Source of the DNA: Minisyncoccota bacterium
Lineage (GTDB): Bacteria; Patescibacteriota; Minisyncoccia; Phycocordibacterales; UBA6065
DNA length: 64,000 bases
Reading direction: 5' to 3'
Assembly: GCA_035714745.1 (NCBI GenBank)
Contig: DASTLR010000007.1
Span: 70,205-134,204 of the forward strand
The notes below the pieces were generated by a model that worked only from the letters and a program-made list of their open reading frames with translations, ran no database searches and was not told the origin of the DNA. Position 1 is the first letter of the stretch, and each line of letters starts with the position of its first letter. Positions 51,573 through 61,301 of the stretch are shown piece after piece. A program made the translations under genes and the position numbers.

Positions 51573-52073
51573 CTAAAGAGCCGTGGCGGCTTCTTCGCAC
51601 ATGACTTGCAGGCTCTTCTTTGCCGGCGGACGGATGATCGTCGTCAGGAAATTCTGATGACCTGGATAGTTTGGCTCCATCCTTTTTTGCCAGACAATAT
51701 ATCGAATCTCCATCCTCAAACCCTTGAATGGCCGGAGCCGTTCAAGCGCGAGGACAGGTAGCATGCTTCCGGCAAGCGGGAACATCTTTACCAGTCCCAC
51801 ATCGCGCCTACCCGAATCATTCGCGACAAGCACCCAATAGTTTACCGTATGCCCTTCAGCAGGCTGCCGCAGGAGAGCCATCGTCGCTTGCTTGACCTCG
51901 ATGGTATCGCCGCACAGATACCAACATGGCTTGGTTCCCCATAGCCAAGGAAATTCGCGCAGAAGCTTCTGTATATGGTTTCGATCTTTCAAGCTAACCT
52001 TTCTGAAGCATCCGCTCCTTTGAGCCCATCCGGGCAACTGAATGGTTCGAGCCAAATGCTCGTGTATCCACAT
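51573..52073 (-). CDS. Hypothetical protein (lower GC)
   Basis: 166 aa ORF filling the gap between rplT and the phosphotransferase. Confidence 0.5.
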   Translation of the reverse strand: MWIHEHLARTIQLPGWAQRSGCFRKVSLKDRNHIQKLLREFPWLWGTKPCWYLCGDTIEVKQATMALLRQPAEGHTVNYWVLVANDSGRRDVGLVKMFPLAGSMLPVLALERLRPFKGLRMEIRYIVWQKRMEPNYPGHQNFLTTIIRPPAKKSLQVMCEEAATAL

Positions 52074-52101
52074 ATCATGATACTACATATATGTGTTATA
52101 G

Positions 52102-53106
52102 TCAAATCTGTCTGTAAATCCCTGATTTTATTCTTTCTTTGAATGCGGGCATATTCTCAGAAAGATAGCGGATGCTTCGGTTCTCGAGAAAATGGTCGGT
52201 GCGAGCGCTGTGCTTCAGGTAATGCTCCTTCTCGACCCAGAGGCTATGGATGAGACGCTGGTAATAGAAGTCGAGACCGGCCATGAGCTCAGCCTCGCCG
52301 ATAGGGTTCTCCCGATGATAGGCCTTCAGGAATAGGACTGCATCGCCCACCCGCTTGTCCGAGAAATCTCCGTTAATGAACATATAATCGACCGACCTCC
52401 AGAGCTCGAAGCTTCGGTATCCCGTGACGGCCTTCTCGAAGTCAAAAATCCATTTCACCTGTCCCGCTTCGTCAAAGAAGATGTTCTGTTCGTGCAGGTC
52501 GCCCTGGAGTAGGATTGGCTTGCCGATAGCAGGACCGATGACCGGCTGAGAGTCTCTCTCGACGAGCTGGATCTTGAGGAGCAGGCTCTCAAGAGCAAGC
52601 TCATCAAAGGGGCTCTTGCGCTCGATAGTTCTAATGATGCCGATGATCTGGCGGGCTTCCGTCAAGAAAGCGTCGGCTATGCGATCGGCCATGCTCTCCT
52701 TGGTGGTGAAATCGCACTCTGCTCCCGCCCGGTGGAGCCTGGCCGCGAACGCCCCCAGAGTCTCGATGACCTGCGGCGGCATCGTCCCTCGGTCGTAGTG
52801 CCTGCCCATGACGAAGGGAAAAAGGGCGAAATGCCTCGTTCCGAGCGAAAAATAGGTCGAGCCGGTCCTTGTCCGTATCGGCAGGATGACCGGAATGCCT
52901 TTCGAGGAAAAATACCGTTTAACCCTGTGGATCTCTTCTATCTTCTCCTTGTCCTCGAAGCGGTAGCGTTTCAAGAAAAAGTCGCCCTCATCTGTCCGGA
53001 CCTTGTAATTCTCGCTCAAGAATCCCGCTTCTATGCGAGATAGGGTCAGGCCGCGCTTGAGCCCATACTTCAAGGCAAGGCTTTCTTCGATCTCTTCCAT
53101 AGGCAT
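52102..53106 (-). CDS. APH/type II homoserine kinase-like phosphotransferase
   Basis: G..SENY, FFLKRY, ARLH, QGDLHEQNIFF and IFDFE motifs. Confidence 0.85.
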   Translation of the reverse strand: MPMEEIEESLALKYGLKRGLTLSRIEAGFLSENYKVRTDEGDFFLKRYRFEDKEKIEEIHRVKRYFSSKGIPVILPIRTRTGSTYFSLGTRHFALFPFVMGRHYDRGTMPPQVIETLGAFAARLHRAGAECDFTTKESMADRIADAFLTEARQIIGIIRTIERKSPFDELALESLLLKIQLVERDSQPVIGPAIGKPILLQGDLHEQNIFFDEAGQVKWIFDFEKAVTGYRSFELWRSVDYMFINGDFSDKRVGDAVLFLKAYHRENPIGEAELMAGLDFYYQRLIHSLWVEKEHYLKHSARTDHFLENRSIRYLSENMPAFKERIKSGIYRQI

Positions 53107-54489
53107 CTACAGAGGATACTCTTTATTCTTCTCCGCCACCATGGCGTCGACATCGAGCTCGTCGCGCAGGCGCTGGGCCAGGAAGGCGGAAGACTTGTTC
53201 TCCCCCATGGCCACCCAGACGGCTTGCAGTCGGCCCGCGCGGACGGCATGCTCGACGAATTCGACCAGGTGGTCGGAATCCTTGTGCGAGGAATAGCCGC
53301 TGATCTTCTCGATGCGGGCCCGCACGGCGATGGTCTCTCCGGCGATAGTCACCTTAGCGGCCTTCTCTTCGATCCTGCGGCCCAGGGAGCCCGGCACCTG
53401 GTAGCCGACCAGGAGGATGGTGGCGTTCGGGTCTTGCAGATAGAATGCCTCGTGCGAGAGCACGCGCCCGCCGACCGACATGCCCGAGCCGGCGATGACG
53501 ATCTTTGGCCCTTTGTCGGCATGGATGGCTTCCGACCCGCTGTGGTCGGCGACGACGCGCAGGCCCGGGAAGTCGAAAATGTCGTCTCCCCCGGCGGTCG
53601 CGGCCTTGATCCGCTCGTTGAAGTCTCGGATGTGGCTCCTATAGACGCCGGTGATCTTTATAGCTAGGGGCGAATCCAGATAGATGGGCACGCGCGGCAG
53701 CTGGTTGGCTTCGACCAGGTTATTGATCTCGTAGAGGATGACCTGGGTGCGCTCCAGGGAGAAGGCCGGGATGACCACGGTGCCGCCGCGGCGCATTGCG
53801 TCGCCGAGGATCTGGCGCAGCCGCTGGTCGCGCACGTCCTTTGGCTCGTGGTTCCTGTCGCCGTAGACCGATTCCATGACCATATAGTCGGCGCCCTCGA
53901 CGTATTCGGTGTCGGGCAGGAGAGGCGTCGGCGAATTGCCCAGGTCGCCGGTAAAGGCGATGGTACGGCCCTTGCCGCCGTTCGCTCCGTGCAGGGCGAA
54001 TTCCAGGATGGCCGACCCCAGGACGTGGCCGGCATCCTTTGCGTAGACCGAGACGTCCTTCGAGAGCTCGAACGGCGTCCGGTATTCGATGGCCTTCCAG
54101 AGCGAGAGGGCTCGGACCACGTCCTCCCTAACATAGAGCGGATCCTTGCCGCTCTCGCGAGCCTCGCGCTCGAGCAGTCCCAAGGCGTCGTCGAACATCA
54201 GCGCGGCCAGCTCGCGCGTGGCGGGCGTCGAATAGATCGGCCCGGCGAAGCCTTCTTTGACCAGCTTCGGCACGCGGCCGATATGGTCCATATGCGCGTG
54301 GGTTATGAAGAGCGCGGCGATCTCTGACGGCTTGTAGGGAAAGGCTTCGCGATTCTCCTCGACTGCGAAATGCGACCCCTGGACCAGGCCGCAATCTACC
54401 AGGATGGACATGTCAGGGGTCCTTAGGAGGAAGTTCGCTCCCGTCGCGTTCCCTACCCCTCCGGCGGCTGTGAGCGTATATCCTTTCAT
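53107..54489 (-). CDS. MBL-fold beta-CASP ribonuclease
   Basis: VDCGL.QG, THAHMDHIG, AGHVLGSA, FTGDLG, ESVYGDR.H and YSSHKD motifs. Confidence 0.92.
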   Translation of the reverse strand: MKGYTLTAAGGVGNATGANFLLRTPDMSILVDCGLVQGSHFAVEENREAFPYKPSEIAALFITHAHMDHIGRVPKLVKEGFAGPIYSTPATRELAALMFDDALGLLEREARESGKDPLYVREDVVRALSLWKAIEYRTPFELSKDVSVYAKDAGHVLGSAILEFALHGANGGKGRTIAFTGDLGNSPTPLLPDTEYVEGADYMVMESVYGDRNHEPKDVRDQRLRQILGDAMRRGGTVVIPAFSLERTQVILYEINNLVEANQLPRVPIYLDSPLAIKITGVYRSHIRDFNERIKAATAGGDDIFDFPGLRVVADHSGSEAIHADKGPKIVIAGSGMSVGGRVLSHEAFYLQDPNATILLVGYQVPGSLGRRIEEKAAKVTIAGETIAVRARIEKISGYSSHKDSDHLVEFVEHAVRAGRLQAVWVAMGENKSSAFLAQRLRDELDVDAMVAEKNKEYPL

Positions 54490-54878
54490 CGCTTCTGCGC
54501 GGTCAGGCGAGCGATCCAGACGACCGCCGCGCCGCCAATGACGTCCATGATCAGGTCGTGCGCCGTATCCCAGGCATAGCCCTGGTCAGAGAGCGAATTC
54601 AGATGGAAGGCCACTTCGAATACCTCCCAGGCGATGCCGACGGCGAATACATAGAGGATGAGGTTGCGCGGCTGCCGCAGCCAGGCCAGACGCGGCGTGT
54701 CCAGGAAGTCGAGCTTCCAGAGCAGCAAGGCCGCTATGGTCGCCCCGCCCAGGAAATGCATCGGCCAGTCGTACCAGACGGTCGTATAATAATAATCTTT
54801 CAGATTCCCCAGCCAATTGAGAGCCGCCACCAGAGCGGCGAGCGCAAATGCGGGCAGAAGATAGCGATTCCAGAACAT
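54486..54878 (-). CDS. Hypothetical membrane protein (DUF2238/VanZ-like)
   Basis: WYD..MHFLGG, WEVFE and DT..DL..D..GG motifs. Confidence 0.75.
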   Translation of the reverse strand: MFWNRYLLPAFALAALVAALNWLGNLKDYYYTTVWYDWPMHFLGGATIAALLLWKLDFLDTPRLAWLRQPRNLILYVFAVGIAWEVFEVAFHLNSLSDQGYAWDTAHDLIMDVIGGAAVVWIARLTAQKR

Positions 54879-54936
54879 TATGGTGAGTATATCACGACGA
54901 CTTTGGGGCGAGCCAAAGGCCGAGGCGCGGGAACTG

Positions 54937-55089
54937 AAAAAACCGGCTCGCGCCGGCGTTCTCAGGGGGTCATTCGGAAGATTGTCCCTAGTATGAACTA
55001 GGTGGGAAGCGTAACGTCTGGCCAAGGCCGAGACTTAATGCGCCATTTCCCGAACAAAATGTTATAGAGTTAATCTTTCGAATAACCCA
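54937..55089 (-). ncRNA. Putative short 6S RNA
   Basis: GGGTTATTCGAAAGATT pairs with AATCTTCCGAATGACCC. Central bubble with a 3' hairpin and an irregular apical stem. TATAAT lies just upstream and a terminator lies downstream. Confidence 0.7.
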
Positions 55090-55269
55090 TAGTCATTATA
55101 TTCTCATCGCCAAGAGGCACAAGAGTGGATAACCCCTGCGAGACGAAATTTCGGAGCGGTAAAGAGGTACGCGCGCAGGCAAGAGATGGTTGCTTGACAA
55201 AATTTAGAATATATTTAATATCAGGAATAGACGAACCTTGATCCCCCTCGGTTCGAAAACACAACCACA

Positions 55270-55785
55270 ATGAAGACCATCGCCAAAATGCTCTTCGGGC
55301 TGTCCGCAGCCCTGTTCCTCGCCTTGTTTTCCTCGACCGCGTCGGCCCAGACCACCAGCGCCCGCTTGGTGAACATCGCCACCCGCGGCCCGATCGCCGC
55401 GAACGACCCCATGATCGCCGGCTTCGTGACCGGACCCGGCACCAGCCAAAAGCGCGTGCTCATCCGCGTCGTCGGCCCGAGCCTGGCGGCTGCCCCGTTC
55501 AATATCTCCGGCGCCATCAAGGCGCCAAAGCTCGAGCTGATGGCCGGCCCGAACGTCTTGCGGACGAACACCGGCTGGGAATCGAGCGGCGACGGCCCGC
55601 TCAACGCGAAAGCCGCTGCGGCATGCGGCGCCTTCCCCTTGCAGGCGGGAAGCGCCGACTGCGTGCTGACGGTGTCGCTCTTTCCGAACTCGGCCTACAC
55701 GGTCGTCGCTTCGGGATTGAACGGCTCCACCGGCACGGCGCTCATCGAGGTCTACGAGGTGCCCGACAGCTTCGTGGCACCCTAA
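55270..55785 (+). CDS. Secreted single-domain protein resembling the Verrucomicrobia 'RLxNISTR...ALxEVY' surface domain
   Basis: Signal peptide (ASA-Q), RLVNIATRG, IAGFV, KRVLIRVVGPSL, GAFPL..GSAD and TGTALIEVYEV. Confidence 0.75.
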   Translation: MKTIAKMLFGLSAALFLALFSSTASAQTTSARLVNIATRGPIAANDPMIAGFVTGPGTSQKRVLIRVVGPSLAAAPFNISGAIKAPKLELMAGPNVLRTNTGWESSGDGPLNAKAAAACGAFPLQAGSADCVLTVSLFPNSAYTVVASGLNGSTGTALIEVYEVPDSFVAP

Positions 55786-55829
55786 CGCCTCGCTTGAAAG
55801 GCGCAAACCCGCTCGTGAGAGCGGGTTTT

Positions 55830-56438
55830 TTATTCCAAGATGCCATCCAGATCGACATCGTAGAGGATCTTTTCCTGGACATGCCTGTAGCTGACGATCT
55901 CTGCCGGCTTGAACCAGTGGGCGATCTCCGCCTCCGCCTCGGCCGCATTGCCCGAGGCATGTATCAGATTCCTGACCGACCGGCCGTCCCTGTCGCTCAT
56001 CTCGTATGAATCCAGGACGAAGTCTCCGCGGATGGTGCCCACGTCCGAGCTCTTTGGCTCGGTGCTGCCGACCAGCTTGCGCACGGTGGCCGCCGCATGG
56101 GCTCCCTCGATGACCATGGCCACTACTGGGCCCGAGGTCAGGTAATTCCTCAGCTTTCGCAGGACTTCCTCGGCCACGACCATCGGGTCGTCGCTGAGGG
56201 GATGCTTCTTGCCCTGGTCGGCATAGGCCTTGATCGATTTCTCGCCGACGCTCTTCATCCAACCGGCATCCAGGGTGTAATGCTTTCGCACGAAGGCCTC
56301 GGTCGGCACGAGCATCTTGAGTGCCACGATCTTCAGACCGACCCGCTCGAAGCGGCGGATGATCTCGCCCACCAGGCTCCTCTGGACCCCGTCCGGCTTG
56401 ATGACCACCAGCGTCCTCTCATTCTTTGGATGTTTCAT
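55830..56438 (-). CDS. ndk: Nucleoside-diphosphate kinase
   Basis: ERTLVVIKPDGVQR, SGPVVAMV, GTIRGDF and NLIHAS motifs. Confidence 0.96.
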   Translation of the reverse strand: MKHPKNERTLVVIKPDGVQRSLVGEIIRRFERVGLKIVALKMLVPTEAFVRKHYTLDAGWMKSVGEKSIKAYADQGKKHPLSDDPMVVAEEVLRKLRNYLTSGPVVAMVIEGAHAAATVRKLVGSTEPKSSDVGTIRGDFVLDSYEMSDRDGRSVRNLIHASGNAAEAEAEIAHWFKPAEIVSYRHVQEKILYDVDLDGILE

Positions 56439-56449
56439 ATATATTCTGG

Positions 56450-57220
56450 CTATCTCGTAAGAACTTCGCAGCCTTTCTCAGTGATGGCTACCGTCACCTC
56501 GAAATGGGCGCTCCGGCGCCTGTCCTTAGTCCGGTAGGTATAGCCGTCCTTGTCCAGGAATATCTTCTCCGTGCCCTCGTTGATGATCGGCTCGATGGCG
56601 ATGACCATGCCGGGGACCAGCTCTTCGCCCTCGCCCGCCACGCCGTAGTTCGGCACGTACGGGTCCTCGTGGACGCTATGGCCCACGCCGTGCCCGGCCA
56701 GCTCCTCGACGATGCCATAGCCCAGCGGGGCGATATATGACTCCACCGCCTCGCCGATATGGCCGACGGTGTTCCCTGGCTTGGCGGCCTTGATAGCCCT
56801 GTCGAGGGCCGTTTTCGTGGCTTTGAGGAGGCTTTGAGCCTCTGCGTCGACCTTGCCCACCGGTACGGTCACAGCCGCGTCAGTGATAAGACCCTCATGG
56901 ACAAGGCCCAGATCGAGCGAGACGATGTCTCCCTCCTGGAGAATATAAGGCTCTTCGTTCGGAATGCCATGGACGACGGCGTCGTTGACCGAAACGCAGA
57001 TGCTCGCCGGAAAGGGCCGTTTGGCCCCGTACGGCTTGTAGTCCAAAAAGGCGGCCCGATCCCCGCCCTCGGCGATGAGCCGGGCGGCCAGGTCGTCCAG
57101 GTCCTTGGTCGAGACGCCTGGGGCCACGGCAGCCGCCACCCTCTTGAGTATGCGCGCGTGCCTCCTCCCCCCTTCGCGGAGGGTCTCGATCTCGGCCGCA
57201 GTCTTGAGCTTGATCGCCAT
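56450..57220 (-). CDS. map: Methionine aminopeptidase type I
   Basis: CVSVND.VVHGIP, GHGVG..VHEDP, AIEP and SAHFE motifs. Confidence 0.96.
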   Translation of the reverse strand: MAIKLKTAAEIETLREGGRRHARILKRVAAAVAPGVSTKDLDDLAARLIAEGGDRAAFLDYKPYGAKRPFPASICVSVNDAVVHGIPNEEPYILQEGDIVSLDLGLVHEGLITDAAVTVPVGKVDAEAQSLLKATKTALDRAIKAAKPGNTVGHIGEAVESYIAPLGYGIVEELAGHGVGHSVHEDPYVPNYGVAGEGEELVPGMVIAIEPIINEGTEKIFLDKDGYTYRTKDRRRSAHFEVTVAITEKGCEVLTR

Positions 57221-57237
57221 GCCTACAGAGTACTCTT

Positions 57238-57846
57238 TTATAGCCTGCCGTCTATGCCGATAGCCCGAAGCACGTCCTCGTGGACCTTTTCGATGGTCTG
57301 GTTGCCATCAACGGTCACGAACTTCACGTTCGGGCTCTTCTTGAAGTAATTGACGACCGGCACCGCCCGATTCTCGTATTCGCGCAGGCGCTCGGCGATC
57401 TTTTCCTCCTTGTCGTCGAAGCGACCGCGCTTCAGCAGGCGTTTGGTCACTTCTTCGTGGTGCGTGTCGAGGAGGATGATGACGGGCTTCCCTCGATCCA
57501 GGAATTGGAGAGCCTCGTCCAGGATCGGCGCTTCCTCCGGCTGGCGACAGACGCCGTCGCAGACGATATGCTCGCGCCCCGTCTTCAATTCATCGACCAG
57601 CAGGCTGGTCCACGTCCAGATCGGCATGAAGGTCGGCATGAACTTCCCGGCACTCATGGTCTCGAGGGTCTTCTTGGCGATGAACGACTGGCTCGTCTGG
57701 GTCAGGTTCCTGAACTTCTGGCCCGTCTCGACGTAGACGACCTTGTTGACCGCGTCCTCGCGCTCGAAGGTCTTTAAAAGCAGCGCCGCCTGCGTGCCCT
57801 TGCCCGATCCCGACTTGCCGAAAAACAGAACGGTGGTTGGTTTCAT
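57238..57846 (-). CDS. adk: Adenylate kinase family nucleoside monophosphate kinase (no LID domain)
   Basis: GKSGSGKGTQ, DG..R and RLLKRGR.DD. Lies between secY and map. Confidence 0.85.
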   Translation of the reverse strand: MKPTTVLFFGKSGSGKGTQAALLLKTFEREDAVNKVVYVETGQKFRNLTQTSQSFIAKKTLETMSAGKFMPTFMPIWTWTSLLVDELKTGREHIVCDGVCRQPEEAPILDEALQFLDRGKPVIILLDTHHEEVTKRLLKRGRFDDKEEKIAERLREYENRAVPVVNYFKKSPNVKFVTVDGNQTIEKVHEDVLRAIGIDGRL

Positions 57847-57960
57847 GGCACTAGTGTAGCGCATCTCTCCTCAAAACGAAAAACCGCCCTTCGGCGGCTC
57901 TTTCTTCTCTTCTCTGGCGTTCTTCGTGTTCTGAGTGTTCTCTGTGCTCCCCGTCTCCTC

Positions 57961-59232
57961 CTAGTACTCCCTCATGCTGACCTGCGCGTCGAGCTTCTTG
58001 GCCACGTCGAGCACTACCGAGACGACGATAAGGAGAGCGGTGCCGCCGATAGCGAGCGAGGTGATGCCGGTGAACGAGCGGAAGACTAGCGGCAGGACGG
58101 CGATGATGCCCAGGAAGAGCGCGCCGACCAGGGTGATCCTGGTGACGATCTTCGACAGGTACTCGGCCGTCGACTGGCCCGGTCGGACGCCAGGGATGAA
58201 GGCTCCGGACTTCTGGAGGTTCTCCGAGATCTGCAGAGGGTCAAAGGTCACCGCGGTGTAGAAATAGGTGAAGACGAAGACCAGGAGGAAATATACCGAG
58301 TCATAGAGCCATGGGGTGTTGATGAGCGCCAGGCCGACCGACGAGATGCTATGAAGGGTGGCGTTCGCCGACGCAGCGAAGAAGTTGAAGAGCATCTGCG
58401 GGAAGAGCAGGATCGACAGGGCGAAGATGATCGGGATGACGCCGGCCTGGTTCAGGCGGAGCGGCAGGTACGTCGAGACGCCGCCATAGACCTTCATGCC
58501 GCGGACCTGCTTGGCATAGGTGACCGGGATAGGCCTCTCGGCCTCGGTGACCACGACCACGGCGTAGACGATGGCCAGGCCTAGGGCCAGGATAGCGATA
58601 TAGACCGGCAGCTGGGATGGGTCATAGGCGGCCAGGGCGCCCGAGATGCCCTGAGGCATCCTGGCCACGATGCCGGCAAAGATGATGAGCGACGTGCCGT
58701 TGCCCAAGCCGAACTCGGAGATCAGCTCGCCGAGCCACATGAGGAGCATAGAGCCCGCGGCGATAGTAAAGACGTTCAGGATGAGCGAGAAGGCGGTCAG
58801 GTCGGCGATGATGCCCTGCTTCTGGAAGATGACGATGAAGGAGAACGCCTGCAGGAGGGCCAGCGGCAGAGCCAGGCGGCGCGAATACTGGGCGAACTTG
58901 GCGCGGCCAGCCTCGCCTTCCTCCTGATACATAGCCTTGAGTCTCGGTATCATGATGGTGAGGAGCTGCATGATGATCGAGGCGGTGATGTACGGCCCGA
59001 CGCCGAGCATGACGATCGAGAGATTGGAAAGGCCGCCTCCCGAGAAGATGTTCAAAAGGCCGAGGAACTGGCTATTGGCGAAGAGGGCCGCGAGCTTGGC
59101 CGTATCGATGCCCGGGATCGGAATGGCGGTGAGGAGGCGGAAGAGCACCAGGGCGATGACGACGAAGAGGATCCGCTTGCGCAAACCCTTGTCTCGGAAT
59201 ACGTGGGAGAGTTTTTGGAAAAAGATATTCAT
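57961..59232 (-). CDS. secY: Preprotein translocase subunit SecY
   Basis: LGVGPYITASIIMQLL, GNGTSLIIFAGI, FIPGVRPG and GGTALLIVV motifs. Confidence 0.98.
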   Translation of the reverse strand: MNIFFQKLSHVFRDKGLRKRILFVVIALVLFRLLTAIPIPGIDTAKLAALFANSQFLGLLNIFSGGGLSNLSIVMLGVGPYITASIIMQLLTIMIPRLKAMYQEEGEAGRAKFAQYSRRLALPLALLQAFSFIVIFQKQGIIADLTAFSLILNVFTIAAGSMLLMWLGELISEFGLGNGTSLIIFAGIVARMPQGISGALAAYDPSQLPVYIAILALGLAIVYAVVVVTEAERPIPVTYAKQVRGMKVYGGVSTYLPLRLNQAGVIPIIFALSILLFPQMLFNFFAASANATLHSISSVGLALINTPWLYDSVYFLLVFVFTYFYTAVTFDPLQISENLQKSGAFIPGVRPGQSTAEYLSKIVTRITLVGALFLGIIAVLPLVFRSFTGITSLAIGGTALLIVVSVVLDVAKKLDAQVSMREY

Positions 59233-59257
59233 GATGCGTGAGCCTCGCGGCTATGGC

Positions 59258-59704
59258 CTAAGCATGGACCTTGCCGCCCGCTTTTTCAAGCGCCGCCTTG
59301 GCCGAGGCAGAGACCTCGACGCCCGAAACGGTAAAGGCCTTGGTGACCTCGCCGTCGCCGAGGATCTTGATCCTTGGGTAGTTGCCGTCGATCTTTTCGA
59401 CGATGCCCTGCTCTACCAGGGTGGCCGGCTCGATCCTGTCGCCTGACTTGAAGCCCTTCTCTAGGGCCGAGAGCGGCACAGGGACAGCCGCCTTGGCGAT
59501 GGATTTGAGACCGCCCTTCTTGCCTTCTCCGCGGAGCTTCGGAATGCGCTTGATGAAGTCTCGGAGCTCTGGGCGCTTCTTGTTGCCGGAGCGGGAGAGC
59601 TGGCCTTTGGTGCCTCGTCCCGAGGTCTTGCCGCGCTTCCCTCCTCGGCCTACGAGAGGCTTTGGTTCGTTCGGTGTCTTTCGGATGAGGTTATGGATTT
59701 GCAT
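59258..59704 (-). CDS. rplO: 50S ribosomal protein L15
   Basis: VGRGGKRGKTSGRGTKGQ, KILGDG and SASAK..LEKAGG motifs. Confidence 0.96.
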   Translation of the reverse strand: MQIHNLIRKTPNEPKPLVGRGGKRGKTSGRGTKGQLSRSGNKKRPELRDFIKRIPKLRGEGKKGGLKSIAKAAVPVPLSALEKGFKSGDRIEPATLVEQGIVEKIDGNYPRIKILGDGEVTKAFTVSGVEVSASAKAALEKAGGKVHA

Positions 59705-59715
59705 GGTGGCGTTGG

Positions 59716-60381
59716 TTATTTGGCGGCGCGCGTAGGCTTGATGAGGTTCAGGTTGCCAAGAGCCTCGATGGTGGCGCGAGCGATGTTCAGCTTGTTCTTC
59801 GAAGGAGAGATGATCTTTGCGGCCACGTTCTTGAGGCCGGCGAGTTCCAAGACGGTTCGCGCGGACGATCCGGCGACCAGGCCGCGGTCCTTCACCGGTC
59901 GGACGGTCACGCGGGCAGAGGCGTATTTGGCCGAAACCTCGTGAGGGATGGACATCTCCTTGGTGGCGTTCACCTGGACCATGTTCTTTTTGGCGTGTCG
60001 GGTAGCCTTATCGATGGCCAGAGCGGTATCGCCCGCCTTGCCCAGGCCTACTCCCACCTTGCCCTTGCGGTCTCCGGCGACCAGGGCCACGGAGAAGGAG
60101 AATCGGCGTCCGCCGGATACGGTTCGGGAGACGCGTCGGATGTTGAGCATGACGCTGTCGAACTCAGGCTTGGCGCGAGGGGCGCGGGTATCGCCCTTTC
60201 GAGGGCCGCGGGCGCCGCCGCGAGGGCCTGCGCCGCGCTCGCTGCCGCGAAAGCCGCGGAAGTCTCGGTCGCGGTTCTCGACGGGCGCCGCTCCCGCTGG
60301 AGCAGCCGAAGGAGCCACAGGGGCTGCCGGCGCCTGTGCGACCGTCTTATTCTCCGAGTTATTGGTGCTTTCTGGATTCAT
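59716..60381 (-). CDS. rpsE: 30S ribosomal protein S5
   Basis: RRVSRTVSGGRRFSF and VGVGLGKA motifs. Confidence 0.96.
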   Translation of the reverse strand: MNPESTNNSENKTVAQAPAAPVAPSAAPAGAAPVENRDRDFRGFRGSERGAGPRGGARGPRKGDTRAPRAKPEFDSVMLNIRRVSRTVSGGRRFSFSVALVAGDRKGKVGVGLGKAGDTALAIDKATRHAKKNMVQVNATKEMSIPHEVSAKYASARVTVRPVKDRGLVAGSSARTVLELAGLKNVAAKIISPSKNKLNIARATIEALGNLNLIKPTRAAK

Positions 60382-60386
60382 GGTGT

Positions 60387-60731
60387 TTAAAATGTAAGTC
60401 CCCCTTCGCGCGCTCCGTCGGCCAAGGCCTTGACGCGGCCCTTGAAGCCGAAGCCGCCGCGGTCAAAGACGACGGCCTTGATCTTGAGGGCCTGGGCCTT
60501 CTCGGCGATGGCCTTGCCGACCTTGTGGGCCACCTCGCCCTTCTTGCCCTTGATGTCGAAGGAGTTCGCCTGGGCGAGGGTCCTCTGCGCGGCGTCGTCG
60601 ATGAGCTGGGCGTACATGAACTTGTTCGAGCGGAAGACGGCCAGTCGAGGCGTCTGCGCCGTGCCAGAGAGGCGCGTGCGGATCTTGGCGTGCCTTCGAG
60701 TCCTCTTGATCTTTTTAATATTGGTCTTCAT
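60387..60731 (-). CDS. rplR: 50S ribosomal protein L18
   Basis: [18 protein letters not shown] and AREGGL.F motifs. Confidence 0.97.
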   Translation of the reverse strand: MKTNIKKIKRTRRHAKIRTRLSGTAQTPRLAVFRSNKFMYAQLIDDAAQRTLAQANSFDIKGKKGEVAHKVGKAIAEKAQALKIKAVVFDRGGFGFKGRVKALADGAREGGLTF

Positions 60732-60736
60732 ATGTG

Positions 60737-61264
60737 TTATGCGGCTTTCTTACCCTGCTTGCGGCGGATGACCTCGTCCTCGTAGCGGATGCCCTTGCCC
60801 TTGTACGGCTCCGGCTTCTTGTACGCGCGGATCTTGGCGGCCATCTCGCCTACCTTCTCGTTCGAGACGCCCGAGATGGTGATGACGTTCTTCTCGGCGG
60901 TCACTTTCAGGTCCTTCGGGATCTCGATGGATACCGGGTGCGAGAAGCCCAAGGCCAGGTCCAGCTTGGCGCCCTTGACGTCAGACTTGAATCCGATGCC
61001 CTCGACGACCAGCTTCTTCTGAAAGCCCGCGGTCACGCCCTTGAGCATGTTCTTGAGGTGGGAGGCATAGGTTCCCCACAGCATGTAATCCTCGGGCCTA
61101 TGGAGGGTCACGGTGACGGCGTTGTTCTCGACCTTGAACTCGATGCCCGGCTTGAAGTCGCGGGAGATCTCGCCCAAAGGACCCCTGACCGTGACGGTCT
61201 GGTTATTGACCGCTACGGTGACCTTGTCGGGGACGGCTATCGGCTTTTTTGCTACGCGTGACAT
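60737..61264 (-). CDS. rplF: 50S ribosomal protein L6
   Basis: [15 protein letters not shown] and [11 protein letters not shown] motifs. Confidence 0.97.
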   Translation of the reverse strand: MSRVAKKPIAVPDKVTVAVNNQTVTVRGPLGEISRDFKPGIEFKVENNAVTVTLHRPEDYMLWGTYASHLKNMLKGVTAGFQKKLVVEGIGFKSDVKGAKLDLALGFSHPVSIEIPKDLKVTAEKNVITISGVSNEKVGEMAAKIRAYKKPEPYKGKGIRYEDEVIRRKQGKKAA

Positions 61265-61301
61265 GGGAGTGAAAGTTAGAAGTTAGAATCTAGAATGTGG
61301 A

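Noticed and set aside
55126-55134. DnaA-box-like GTGGATAAC (also GGGGATAAC near 13799)
   Set aside because: Isolated imperfect boxes with no cluster or dnaA nearby, so insufficient to call an origin.
59705-59715. Missing rpmD (L30) as a novelty
   Set aside because: This is an established CPR trait and was used only as a taxonomic clue.
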